Shown here piece after piece: positions 39,531 through 52,093 of a stretch of DNA of 64,000 nucleotides. The notes under the pieces are model-generated. The model was not told where the DNA came from and did not search any database. It worked only from the letters and a program-made list of their open reading frames with translations. The position numbers were made by a program, and so were the translations under genes. This stretch comes from Octopus sinensis. Taxonomy: Eukaryota. The first letter of the stretch is position 1, and the number at the start of each line of letters is the position of its first letter. Location of the stretch: positions 20,398,001 through 20,462,000 of the forward strand of contig NC_043004.1 of assembly GCF_006345805.1 (NCBI RefSeq), written 5' to 3'.

Positions 39531-40279
39531 TACATGTATATATATATATACATGCATGTATGTATATATATATATAAATTAGAGAATCTATATATACATG
39601 CATATATATACATATATAAATACGTACATTTATGTATGTGTATATATATATACATATGTAGATATATACCTATACATATATCTCTGCATGTGTGTGTAAA
39701 TATACATACACACACATATTTAAGTCGCACTATATAGCTTCAACTAATCCAGTAGTACTCATAAAAAAAAACTCCTTAATGTATCATTCTACAAAATGTA
39801 TAGAATATATAGTATGATAGAAGAGAAAACAACAAGGAATGTATAAAGTTATGAATGATGAGAAAAATATACTACGATAAGATTTATTTAACCATTTGAA
39901 ATTCTTATATCACAACAATTGTTTCACAACTTAAAACATGCATGCATAGATAATTTATTTTATTATATTTTATAATGAGTGAATTATTTACTTGTCCACA
40001 TTAATATAAATAACGTTTTAAATCAATACAGATATTAAGCTAGCTCAACGGGTGAGAGAAAAATCCATGATAAATAATAGTCTCTTGATGTAACAATTGT
40101 TGCAATATAAAGATTTCCAATGGTTATATATATTTTATCATACAACTTCTCTCATGATTTATAACTTTATATAAATATTATATTCAATTTTTCTCTTCCA
40201 TTTTAGTCTATTCTCCAAGCTTGCCTTTCCTGATATTGTTTATTTTTCCAATTAAAAGATAACACATTCACACACACAC

Positions 40280-40310
40280 ACATCGATGTACATATATATA
40301 TATATATTAT

Positions 40311-40358
<48 letters not shown>

Positions 40359-40409
40359 TATATACACATATATATATACATACATATATATATACATATA
40401 TATATATAC

Positions 40410-40458
<49 letters not shown>

Positions 40459-40482
40459 ATACTATATATATATATATATATA
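40280..40482. repeat. Long (TA)n/(TACA) compound microsatellite
   Basis: Direct reading. Confidence 0.95.
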
Positions 40483-40864
40483 ACGTGTGTGTGTGTTTGT
40501 ATGAGTGTATGTGTGTATGTATACATGTGTATCTGTGTGTAACTGTGTAGTAGAAAGTTTGCTGCTGTTCCTGACCCTCACCATAACCCTGGGCTGACCA
40601 AAGCTGGAAACTGAAAGGCGTTTGTCATGTACGTACCCATGTGTATGTGTCTCTGTGCCTGTGTTTGTCCTCACCACCACTTGGTTTGTTTATGTCTCTG
40701 TGACTAAGTGGTTCAACAAAAGCAATCGATAGAGTAAGTACCATGCTTAAAATATAAATACTGGAATAGTTAATCATTCTGGAATTATACTGGAATATAT
40801 AATTATCCACCAAGAATAGGATGCTCTGACCTCAGTTAATGGAAGATTGTTGCTGAAACATGAA

Positions 40865-41640
40865 GAAAAACATGTAATTGTCGCATCCCAGACTCATGCC
40901 CACTTGCTGGATCCTAGAGATACCTGCCATGCATAGGGTAGGGGTTTACATAGGAAGTAATATTGATTTTAAGCATCATTGTAGGGCTTATTTGAATTCT
41001 TTTACTAACTTAAAATATAAATTCGCAACAACGCTAGCCACATATATACATGAACTAAAGCTAAAGAATATACAATATTCATTATCTTGGTCTATAATAG
41101 CAGAAGCCCCTCCATATAATACAATTACGTGTTATGTAAACCATGTATTAAAGAACCTAAATACATTCTCAGTCAATATAACTCTACATTATTGAATAAG
41201 TTTTCTGATGCTATGTACTCTTGTTACCATGGATACCATTCAACATTTGAGCATTTTGATCAATCTGGATAAATTGATCATTAACATCTATAATTAGATT
41301 AATATTTATATTTGCATCCCTCTCACCTTGTTCTTCATTAATAATTACTTGCTAATAATCTACCATATTTTCTAAATTTACTTCCCACAATTCTTGCTGT
41401 AATATTTCCACTTCCTGCTATATGTATTAACATATAGCTCTTTATAAAACCAAAGACCCATTTATTTTTTATGGCAATATATGAAATGTGAATTCTTAAC
41501 CAACACATTCTCCCCGATGAAGGAGGCAGTGTCTAAAATTTGGATAGGAATATCCTTTATTTGCATCGATTACTGTACCCTTGAAACAGCCACTGCAGTA
41601 TCAACACTTAATTCTTGAAATTGGTGTACCACCATCTAAT
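40865..41640 (+). mobile_element. Penelope-like element 3' fragment (zinc knuckle, GIY-YIG, 3'UTR)
   Basis: TCNCRIPDSCPLAGS, VYIGS..DFKH....LNSF.....ATTLATYIHELK....SWSIIAEAPPY..., LCKPCIKE; degenerate HHR-like CCGATGAAGG...CCTTGAAACAG at 41514-41590. Confidence 0.85.
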
Positions 41641-41731
41641 CATTGGAAACTTTACTTTCCATCTGTATGCTAAAACATTTCTTTATTCACCTTATCATGA
41701 GGATTTACTCTTCTACTTTGTAATATTGTTT

Positions 41732-42128
41732 GGAGTGGCTGTGTGGTAAGTAGCTTGCTTACCAACCACATGGTCCCAGGTTCAGTCCCACTGCGTGGCA
41801 TCTTGGGCAAGTGTCTTCTACTATAGCCTTGAGCCAACCAAAGCCTTGTGAGTGGATTAGGTAGACAGAAACCGAAAGAAGCCCGTCGTATATATGTATA
41901 TATGTATGTGTGTGTGTGTGTGTTTATGTGTTTGTGTTTGTCCCCCCAACTTCGCTTGACAACCAGTGGCAGTCTGTTTATGTCCATGTAACTAAGCAGT
42001 TCAGCAAAAGAGTCCGATAGAATAAGTACTAGACTTACAAAGAATAAGTCCAGGGGTCGATTTGCTCGACTAAAGGTGGTGCTCCAGCATGGCCCCAGTC
42101 AAATGACTGAAACAAGTAAAAGAGTAAA
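41732..42128 (+). mobile_element. SINE-A, full-length
   Basis: Collinear with the other SINE-A copies. Confidence 0.92.
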
Positions 42129-42663
42129 TATCTTTTTAACAGTGGTCTTAATCTGTTGTAAGTAGGATGATTGTCTTCAGTGTATACCTTTTAAGATGTT
42201 AATATATTTTTATACATCAATAGAGTTTTTCTACCCATATATGTCTATTATAATTTTATATATTTATGTATCAGTAAATTTTTAATATTTTTCAAATATT
42301 TTAGATATATTTTAATAATTTGCATACATTGGTTTTATGGCTGAGTATATGTCATATCATTATTCTAAATTGTTGAACATACCTGAATTCTCCTTTTGAA
42401 TGTAATATATATGTCTATCCTCTCAGGTTGTCTACCTGAGCACTTCACAGCACTGTCTATATAATAAACAAAAATACAAATATTCATATATATATCGTGA
42501 AGTATATTTGCCACCTAAATGTGGCTAACCCTTAAGGCTTGATGATACTGTAGCTTGTGCCCCCACAAAAACCTCTCCTCCAGCTGGCTATTGACACACT
42601 ATTTGTGCCCTATCAGTATTTGCAAAGGGAAGTCATCATGCCCATCTCCAGCCTGATATGATG

Positions 42664-42708
42664 CACACGGACCCGAGTTTCTGGGTATTGACTCATCATC
42701 AGCACGTG
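42664..42708 (-). ncRNA. Minimal type I hammerhead ribozyme (predicted)
   Basis: Minus strand CACGUG-CUGAUGA-UGAGU(CAAU)ACCCA-GAAA-C(UCGG)G-UC-CGUGUG: all core nucleotides present; stem I 6 bp (2 G-U), stem II 5 bp with one A-C mismatch, short stem III, GUC cleavage triplet. Confidence 0.75.
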
Positions 42709-42770
42709 ACAACCACCAGTTGGCAATAGGAAATGATTCTCAATGCTAGTATATATATACTTTTTCCAGT

Positions 42771-42811
<41 letters not shown>

Positions 42812-42899
42812 GTCACTGGAAAAGTATATATATATATATATATATTTGCATTGAGAATTATATGTGTATATATATATATATATATATGAATGTACAAAG

Positions 42900-43410
42900 G
42901 TAAGATCTGGAGATCAAGCTGTAGGAGGTTAGCAAGCTTCAAGCAGTCCACGCAGATATAGAAAACAAAGTAGGCAGTGTATAGTCAGGAACAAAAACAA
43001 TTTATTGGTGTTGAAAGTCACACGCTTTCTCCCAAATCGAAGTTAGAAAGAAATTCCATAAGGTGAAAGTTTCTGTATAGCCCATAGTTAGCAACTAGAG
43101 TTGCTAAAAATGCAATAAAAACACAAATTGGGGGAATGGAGCAGGTTAAATAGCAGATACATATGCTTTTTAGCTAGCTGATCCTCTGATGTAATAATTA
43201 CTCAATGAGAGGTAGTCAACTTAGCTAATCGTCGGGCCTAAAACAGTCTAATTAAATAAAGGTTAAATTGTCGCTTGGAATTCCCAAAGGACAATGTAAT
43301 CTTCATATGATTAAGGCATTTTCAGCATGATGTGTAGCTAGCTGAGTAATTCTCATTGAGTAATTATGTAATAATTACATCAGAGGATCAGCTAGCTAGG
43401 AAACATATAT
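42900..43410. repeat. Unclassified repeat with terminal inverted arms (43171-43210 / 43351-43398), paralogue of 25275-25730
   Basis: TAGCTAGCTGATCCTCTGATGTAA(..)TAATTACTCAATGAGA present in both orientations with an 8-nt indel. Confidence 0.7.
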
Positions 43411-43436
43411 AGCCTGCATTTTACCATTATACTCCC

Positions 43437-43505
<69 letters not shown>

Positions 43506-43524
43506 GCGTGAGTGTGGATATATA

Positions 43525-43566
<42 letters not shown>

Positions 43567-43574
43567 ATATCTTT

Positions 43575-43833
43575 CGTGCCGGTGGCACATAAAATACACC
43601 AATCTGACCGTGGCCGTTGCCAGCCCCGCCTGGCACCTGTGCAGGTGGCACGTAAAAAGCACCCACTACACTCACGGAGTGGTTGGCGTTAGGAAGGGCA
43701 TCCAGCTGTAGAAACATTGCCAGATAAGACTGGAGCCTGGTGCAGCCTTCTGGCTTCCCAGATCCCCGGTCAAACCGTCCAACCCATGCTAGCATGGAGA
43801 ACGGGCGTTAAACGATGATGATGATGATGATGA
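43575..43833 (+). mobile_element. RTE 3'-end fragment, young
   Basis: Two internal GTGGCACGTAAAA repeats, CpG-rich, (GAT)n tail. Confidence 0.9.
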
Positions 43834-44941
43834 TATATATATATAGATAGATAGATAGATAGATAGAAAGATAGATATGTTGGTGAGTATGTGTCCGTAT
43901 TAATGTAAATATAGGTGTATATGTATGTATATACATGTGTGTGTGTGTGCATAAATATATATATACACAGAGACAGAGTGTCAGAGAGAGAGAAACATGT
44001 ATGCACTCATACACATGTGCACACACACATATACACATTCCCACTCCATCTACACACATGCACACGCACACAACCACACCTATCCATTCACATAGCCACA
44101 CTCACCTATTCTCACACTCTATTTAGAATGCCTTGTACAAAACCTTCTTTAACATGGACTGGTCAGGAAACAGTCTTGTTATATAATTTCTGGTGTATGT
44201 ATTGTAATGTGATGACTTAGTAAGGAGAAACTTTAGTTACTGGACAAAATGCCAGCATATAACCTTGTCCTACTGCTGCACCTTCTCCACTGCACAGAGT
44301 AGTTTATTTAAATGTCTCTGCTTACATTAATCAGTATAGCAGAAGAACAACATTCTAGTAGGAGGAGGCTACACAATGGAAATGACATGTTTGAAATGGC
44401 ATCTAAGAGACTGTAACAATGAAATATATTCCTTGTGTCTCTGTCTGTCCTTGGCTAATCCATGCTTTATCATACTTCTGATCATTATAAATTCTCTCTG
44501 AGAAAAATCTAGCATGGACAAGATGTGCAAATATATCTCTTGATCTGCTTTCAGCCAATTAGTTTTGCATTAGATGGAAATGGCTACTTTGATAGCTAGA
44601 TTATATATCACGTCAAGAGAATATTTTGTTGCTAGCCATAAGTTTTGCCTTCATCCAAAGACAATGAAGAAATTAATAAAGTAACTGACCTTACTCCGTA
44701 TGATGCCATTGCTGTTTATATAAAATATCAGCCACAACTTCCTGTCATTTGGAAAGGTCCTTGAATCACCCTTTAATGCACCTAGCTAGGAATGTCAATT
44801 CTTAATATTTATTTTAATAGATAAAAGTACAGATGCGAAGATATAGCAAAACTTTGAATAATGTTGACAAGCACCAGTTATATTATTTTCATTTATCCAT
44901 TTACTGAAACTTTCCTACTATTTATTTAATAAATATTATTT

Positions 44942-45125
44942 TGCCGGTGGCACGTAAAAAGCACCCACTACACTCATGGAGTAGTTGGTGTTAGGAAGGA
45001 CATCTATCTGTAGAAACACTGCCAGATCAGACTGGGCCTGGTGCAACCTTCTGGTTTCTCAGACCCCAGTTGAACCGTCCAACCCATGCTAGCATGGAAA
45101 GCGGACGTTAAACGATGATGATGAT
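44942..45125 (+). mobile_element. RTE 3'-end fragment; further minus-strand copies at about 45315-45500 and 45625-45915
   Basis: Same motifs and (GAT)n tail. Confidence 0.88.
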
Positions 45126-45917
45126 TTTCATTGTGTAATGTTTTATTTTAAATGATGTAAGATTTAGTAAATAAATATCAAACAGGAGACAATATTTGAC
45201 TATGTAGAAGTTAAACAAATGGAGAAATATATACAATGTGTAAAGCAGATGACTTTATGTGAAATAACATGTTACTAAGTTAATATTTAGTTGTTTAATT
45301 ATAGGTGAACATATTATCACCACCACCATTTAACAGCTGTTTTCCATGCAAGCATGGGTTGGATCGATTGACAAGAGGTGGTGAGTTAGAAGACTACACC
45401 AAGCTCCAATGTCTGTCTTGGCTTGGTTCTTACAGCTCAGCGTTCATGCTAATGCCAAACTCTTTGTAAAGTGTACTGCTTGTCTTGTTCATGGTACTAG
45501 CACCTGTGAGGTCACCAATATTATCACTGATTCAAACCAGAGTAATTTAAAGTTTTGCAGACTGTGTCATCTACACTAGTTAGAGTCCTAGAGACACTAC
45601 AGAGATAGTCATTTAGTATTATAATCATCATCACCATCATCATTTAACATTCGTTTCTCATGCTGGCATGGGTTGGGTGGTTTGGCTGTAAACTGGTAAG
45701 CTGCACCAGGTTCCAATCTGATTTGGCATGGTTTCTACTGCAGGATACCCTTCCTAATGCCAGTCATTCCATGAGTATAGTAGGTGATTTTTATGTGCCA
45801 GTTATGAACCGACAGCTTCAGCCACGACTACGATCTAACTTGGCTTCACAGGTCTTCTCAAGCCAAAGGTCTTGGTCACTTGTCACTGTCTCTGTGAAGC
45901 CTAAAGTTTGAAGAGTG

Positions 45918-46317
45918 CTCTTTGACTCTTTTACTTGTTTCAGTTATTTGACTGTGACCATGCTGGAGCACCATCTTTAGTCAAGCAAATCGACCCCAGG
46001 ACTTATACTTTGTAAGCCTAGTACTTATTCTATTGGTCTCTTTTGCCAAACCACTAAGTTACAGGGATGTAAACACACTGCCATCGGTTGTCAAGCGATG
46101 TTGGAGGACAAACACAGACACACAAACACACACACACACACACACATATATACATATATAGGATGGGCTTCTTTTCAGTTTCCGTCTACCAAATCCACTC
46201 ACAAGGCTTTGATCGACACGAAGCTATAGTAGAAGACACTTGCCGAAGGTACCACGCAGTGGGACTGAACCCAGAACCATGTGTTCATAAGCAAGCTACT
46301 TACCACACAGCCACTCC
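45918..46317 (-). mobile_element. SINE-A, full-length
   Basis: Collinear with the other SINE-A copies. Confidence 0.92.
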
Positions 46318-46494
46318 AATCGGTTTCCTATCAATTCTCATAGCATGTACTTAATCAAGAAATTATAGCTACAAGTGATAAAAGGTTGTGTTAAGTTTAG
46401 CACATGGTAACATCTACATAGGTTATAATATCCATGCCAGCATTCATGTGTATGCATGTGCACATAGATATCACAACAATGATGTTACAGTATA

Positions 46495-46495
46495 C

Positions 46496-46530
<35 letters not shown>

Positions 46531-46576
46531 TGTATGTATGTATGTATGTATGTATGTATGTATGTATGCATGTATG

Positions 46577-46614
<38 letters not shown>

Positions 46615-46668
46615 TATATATGTATGTATATATGTATATATATATGTATGTATATATGTATATATATA
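46495..46668. repeat. (TATG)n/(TA)n microsatellite
   Basis: Direct reading. Confidence 0.95.
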
Positions 46669-47255
46669 TGAGACCTTTGGAAGTATGCTGTGTGTGAGAA
46701 GACCCAGCAGGACAAGTGAGACCATAACCCATGGCCTCTACCTGGGATGTAGCCGGTCCACTTATGCATACCTTTCCTTCTTGGGACACAAAACTCTACT
46801 TGTGAAGACCTGTTGAGGTAAGTGAAAATCAAAATCGAAATCGATCAACATCAATAGAGATTGCAGCTGTGATACCAGTGCCGGTGGTACGTAAGAGAAC
46901 CATCTGAATGTGGCCATTGCCAGCGCCACCCCGACTGGCCTCATGCCGGTGGCACGTAAAAAGCACCATCTGATCGTGGCTGTTGCCAGCCTTGCCATGC
47001 CCCCGTGCCGGTGGCATGCTAAAAGCACCATCCGATCATGGCCGTTTGCCAGCCTCATCTGGCACCTGTGCCGGTGGCACGTAAAAGCACCCACTACACT
47101 CACGGAGTGGTTGGCGTTAGGAAGGGCATCCAGCTGTAGAAACATTGCAAGATTAGACTGGGCCTGGTGCAGCCTTCTGGCCTCCCAGACCCCAGTTGAA
47201 CTATCCAACCCATGCTGGCATTGAAAGCGGACGCTAAACGATGATGATGATGATT
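46669..47255 (+). mobile_element. Longest RTE 3'-end copy: last ORF codons + 3'UTR with four approximately 60-bp tandem units + (GAT)n tail
   Basis: 5' part TGGAAGTATGCTGTGTGTGAGAAGACC matches the ORF end of the RTE relic near 8570-8600; units begin TGCCGGTGG(C/T)A. Confidence 0.85.
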
Positions 47256-47261
47256 ATACAA

Positions 47262-49143
47262 CTTGGTTAAAGAAGAGACAAAAATTTAGATTATCATTCT
47301 ATAGCTATGATTTACATCAACATAATAAATATATATAACATAAATTTACATCAAGACAAGGAACATATTTATATATTTTTTAGAATAGAAATAAGAGTTA
47401 TATGAAGTAAAAATATACATGTAAAGGATAAATAAATTAAGGTTGATATATCAATTAAAAATCATATTAGATTTAAGCTTAAAAACGTTGAATTGAGGAT
47501 TAAAAGTTGTAAGATACATTGGTAGTTGTGAGAAATCCTAGTGATGGATTTAAAACTTTAGAAGAGTTCCGAAGAAATGTTTATAGAGGGTTATAACATC
47601 ATATATGAAGCAATTCGACAGCTATTTCTGGAGTCCATTAGTCAACAAGGTATGAATTCTTTAGTTTCACAATGATAATGTCCCCTTCATCAGGAACAAG
47701 TAAATAGATAATTAATTAAGTTTGAAGACATGTAAGAGAAAAGAAAATTTTAGGTTACGTTATGTTATTCATTGGCTACTCTTTCAGATACTGACCACTT
47801 TTACAATGATTCACGCTTATATACAAAAGGAAATTTCTAGTGCAGGATGAGGGGAGAATTTTTTTAAAAAAATGATTTTTCAATAAATTCAGGAAATAAT
47901 TAATTACTTATAGAGGAAGAATCAAGGCTGCAAAATTCTTCATTCTTATAGAGTTCCTTGAAAGATGAGTGAAATTTATGAGTACATGAATGATTCAGAG
48001 AATTTATTCAATGTGTCCGAATTTTATGATTTGAGAATAATGTATGATTCTCTAATACATAAATTACATTTGTTACTTATAGCATTATAATTAATGATCT
48101 TATTCCTTAAATTACGTATATATGAGGCCAGAGTGGTAGGATTTTTATATCTAATGTTAGTAAATGAATTTAAATGTATTCTATATCTTTTTTTCTTAAT
48201 TCAGCAGTACTACCCAAGTAAGTTCTCGCCTGATACTTAACTGATACTACTGTACATTTATATACTACATTTTTACGGGGGCATAATCCTTCAAGCAGGC
48301 ATAAATTGATTTTTCTATACCTACATGTTTTTCCCAATTTATTGTTGCTATTATCTATATATTTGTGGGTGGATTTCCATCATTGAAGGCTACTGACAAA
48401 TTAGAGTTACTATTTGATGCTGAATTATATAAATTAGGTGTTTTGGATATACTTATATTATTTATACTTGATTTCCTATCAGTGTTAAAGGTTTTGAAAG
48501 TTTGATAATTGATTTTGTTCTTATTTATAGATGCTATAATTTTTTTTAATTCTCCCATCATCCTACACTAGAAATTTCCTTTCGTATATAAGTGTGAATC
48601 ATTGTAAAAGTAGTCAGTATCAGACAGAGTAGCCAATGAATAACATAATGTAACCTACAATTTTCTTTTCTCTTACATTTCTTCAAACTTAATTAATTAT
48701 CTATTTACTTGTTCCTGATGAAGGGGACATTGTCAGTGTGAAACTAAAGGATTCATACCTTGTTGACTAATGAATTCCAGAAACAGCCGTCGAATTGCTT
48801 CATATATGATGTTATAACTCTCTACAAACATTTCTTCGGAACTCTTCTAAACTTTTAAATCCATCATTTTGATTTCTCACAACTGCCAATGTATCTTACA
48901 AATTTTAATCCTTAATTCAACATTTTTTAAGCTTAAATCTAATATGATTTTTAATCGATATATCAACATTTATTTATCCTTTTCATGTATATTTTTACCT
49001 CATATAGCTCTTGTTTCTATTCTAAATAATATATAGATATGTTCCTTGTCTTGATGTAATTTTATGTCATATGTATTTTTTATGTTGATGTAAATCATAA
49101 CTATGGAATGATTATCTAAATTTTTGTCTCTTCTTAATCCAAG
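47262..49143 (-). mobile_element. Penelope-like element with approximately 600-bp inverted arms flanking a GIY-YIG fragment
   Basis: Arms about 47262-47870 and 48540-49143 are reverse complements, roughly 90% identical by eye; spacer (minus): CRYRKINLCLLEGLCPRKNVVYKCTV...TYLGST...HLNSF...TTLASYI...KCNLCIRE; each arm carries an HHR-like motif. Confidence 0.9.
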
Positions 49144-49235
49144 ATATATAATATCTAACGTCTTGGTTTCAACCTGAGCACTTCCAAACAATAGAGTAAA
49201 AAAAATCATTTTCGAAAGAAAAAAAATAATATTTA

Positions 49236-49241
49236 TGTATG

Positions 49242-49300
<59 letters not shown>

Positions 49301-49329
49301 ATATGTATATATGTATATATGTATATATG

Positions 49330-49365
<36 letters not shown>

Positions 49366-49570
49366 TGTATGTATGTATGTATGTATGTATGTATATGATC
49401 AGTTATGATCACCACACAGTGATGAGTGGGAACTACAGTTTGTGAAGATTTTGCAGCTTTAATAAAAGTATATTACTCTACTTTCAGTATTGGAGTACTA
49501 TTTTTCCCACTTTGTTTTGCCTTTATGTGCTCACCTGTTTGAGTATACATATATGTATATATGTGTACAC

Positions 49571-49659
<89 letters not shown>
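49236..49659. repeat. (TA)n/(TATG)n tract (49236-49395) and (CA)n tract (49566-49659)
   Basis: Direct reading. Confidence 0.95.
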
Positions 49660-49660
<1 letters not shown>

Positions 49661-51521
49661 CAGTCAATGTCTAGTTTCTATGCTCACCTATGTTGAATGA
49701 AATTTGTTGAGGTGGATTTTTTTATAACCAAATGTTTTTCTTATCACCATGTTACAACTTTTTCCAAGTAAGATTATATATATATATGTTTTCAAGTAAG
49801 GTTATATATACCCAACTACCAACCTCCATACACATCACATGTTTGCGTCAATGCAAATTTTCTCCCTTGTTGAATATGCCAGGCCTTCTCTCAAATCATT
49901 TGTCCTCTGTTGTTCAAGTATGCTAACATTACACATCCAGCAGAGTAGACTTACTTCATTTCTTTCCACTTTTTGCACATTCTACACACAGACACACAAA
50001 AGAGAGTGCATGTATGTGCAGATATAGAAATGAGTGTAGGTATGTCTGAATCCCTCTAGATATATAGATAGATACATAAATAGATACACACATAAGCAAA
50101 CCATTGATTTTTTTTTCCAGCAAATTGCCATGTAACACATGTATATAAGTAAACAAATAGATTAGTTTATTAAAGTTTATGCCTAGCAGACTAGTAGAAG
50201 TGCATATTAACATCAGTGTTTTTGTCTGCACATATATATATATATATATATCATTGTTTGTGAGGAAAAAAAAACCCAGGCCTGAAATAGTGTTGGACAA
50301 CCGGGAAATGATAGAGAAGCTCAAGGCAAAGAAACAAATTATAGGACTCCTTCAGATAAGTGTCTATTTCTGAGTTTACTAGCAAAATAAAAGTAAGAGA
50401 AGACAATAACATTTAACTCAAATTTACTGTCATTTAACATTATTTCAAAGATCGGTATTTCTTCAAGCCCAATTTTATTTCCCCATGATTTGCAACAAAT
50501 AAGTATGGTAAACATGGTTTACAGAAAATGTAAATGTCAAAAGGTCAGAATTAGTAATATAACGATGGTAAATAGTAAATATATTTATAAAGAAGAAATA
50601 TTGAATAGTGAAAATAGAAGTTTTACAATTGATTAATATGTCTGAGTAGTGTGTGTATGTTTTTCCTGGTTATATTTTCTGAATTTCTCACTAATTGAGA
50701 AAGAACTGGTTACTGGCTGAGAAACACAACTCTTTCACTGTAATTTAAATAACATCCACAGTAATCATTTATGTATGCAAGCAAACATGTATGTGTGTAC
50801 ATATGCATGTATAAATACATAGTCTACATGGGTGCAGACCTGGGTGTCACTGAGTTTATACATCATATTATGTACTAAACCTCTTGAATGTTTTTACATA
50901 TTTCGACAGGATATTTGATAGCTTGTTGCTGAAATCCTTTGATTAGGTATATTTCTTCTCTGAGTAGATCAGTTCGTTTTTTAATCCTGAAGTCTCAGGT
51001 TCAATCTCATAGTGTGGAATTTTAGATGAATGTCTTTTACTACCACCCAAAGTCAGGCCAAGCTTTGTAATTAGACAGAAACTGTGTGGAAGCCTGTTAG
51101 ATAGTGTGCCTGCAAATCAAAGGTCCAGCCCTGTTTTACACTGCATCACATTCAAACTATAAGAGATTGCTTTAAGAGAGCAAGAGTGTGTGAAATACTC
51201 AGCTACTTCCAAATACAATCAGTAAAAAATTTGGTCAAGGAAACAACAGGAATATTCATTATAGAAGCGGTAAAAAATTTGCTTCACAACCACATGGTTC
51301 CAAGTTCAGTCCCACTGCATGGCATTTTGACAGATACCTTCTATCATAACTTTGAACTGACTAAAGTCTTGTAGGTGGATTTGGTAGGTGGAAGTAGAAA
51401 GAATCCCATCATATATGGCTGTGTGTGTGTGTGTGTGTGTGTGCATGTGTGTGTTTGTGCGTGTGTGTAAAATAATGAAATGATGTTTGTTTATATATAT
51501 GTATGCATATGTATATATATA

Positions 51522-51565
<44 letters not shown>

Positions 51566-51610
51566 ATGTGTGTGTGTGTGTGTATGTATATATACTATCA
51601 TAGTTGGGTA

Positions 51611-51708
51611 GGCGTATCTTAAGACCCTAAACACTGCTAGCCTGAGACCTCTTTAAAATGTTTTAAAGAGGATTCAGGCCAGCATTGCTTGGGATCATAA
51701 GATATGCC
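51611..51708. repeat. 98-bp imperfect palindrome (48-bp arms, 2-nt centre)
   Basis: GGCGTATCTTAAGACCC...CCTCTTTAAAA-TG-TTTTAAAGAGG...GGGATCATAAGATATGCC; 9 mismatches. Confidence 0.85.
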
Positions 51709-51862
51709 GTAAGACTAAACCCCTTATGAGCAAGAAACTCAGAGTAACCCTATAAACTGGCCTACCCTATTATAATATTAACTGCTCTACATCTTAGAGT
51801 GTACCTCTCCTCTGGATTTATGTATTTTTACAAATGATCTATATATATATATATTCATATAT

Positions 51863-52054
51863 AGTTGGAATTTACAGAAAACAAAAGATGAAGACAGGTG
51901 TGTAAACAACAAACAGGTATATTAGTTTAACACTTGTGAATGTGAGAAAGTCTTTTATGTTTCAAGCCTATGTTCTTCAACAGAAAGGAACATGAGAAAA
52001 TAAACAGAGAGAGAATAGAAAAAGAAAGCTTTAGTAGCTAGTGGTCAATCATGG

Positions 52055-52057
<3 letters not shown>
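51863..52057 (-). repeat. Dispersed repeat between (TA)n tracts, possibly PLE-derived
   Basis: Minus strand TGTTGAAGAACATAGGCTTGAAACATAAAAG has a variant HHR-like arrangement; flanked by (TA)n on both sides. Confidence 0.4.

Positions 52058-52093
<36 letters not shown>

Noticed and set aside
39900-40130. Two ACAATTGT palindromes resembling HHR stem III remnants
   Set aside because: No recognisable CUGANGA half, so too decayed to call
44697-44743. Possible 47-bp minus-strand exon (EVVADILYKQQWHHT) and similar micro-exon candidates near 7760 (+) and 56215 (-)
   Set aside because: Splice-like words alone are common; there is no consistent multi-exon frame
46870-47090. CRISPR-like repeat/spacer pattern (also 17105-17961)
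   Set aside because: The units are degenerate tandem repeats inside a LINE 3'UTR or whole SINEs; there are no unique spacers or cas genes, and the context is eukaryotic
11343-48340. Selenocysteine-coding PLEs (UGA at zinc-ligand positions, reported for some Naiad elements)
   Set aside because: The Cys positions I could read in all three PLE fragments are TGT/TGC, with no in-frame TGA at those sites
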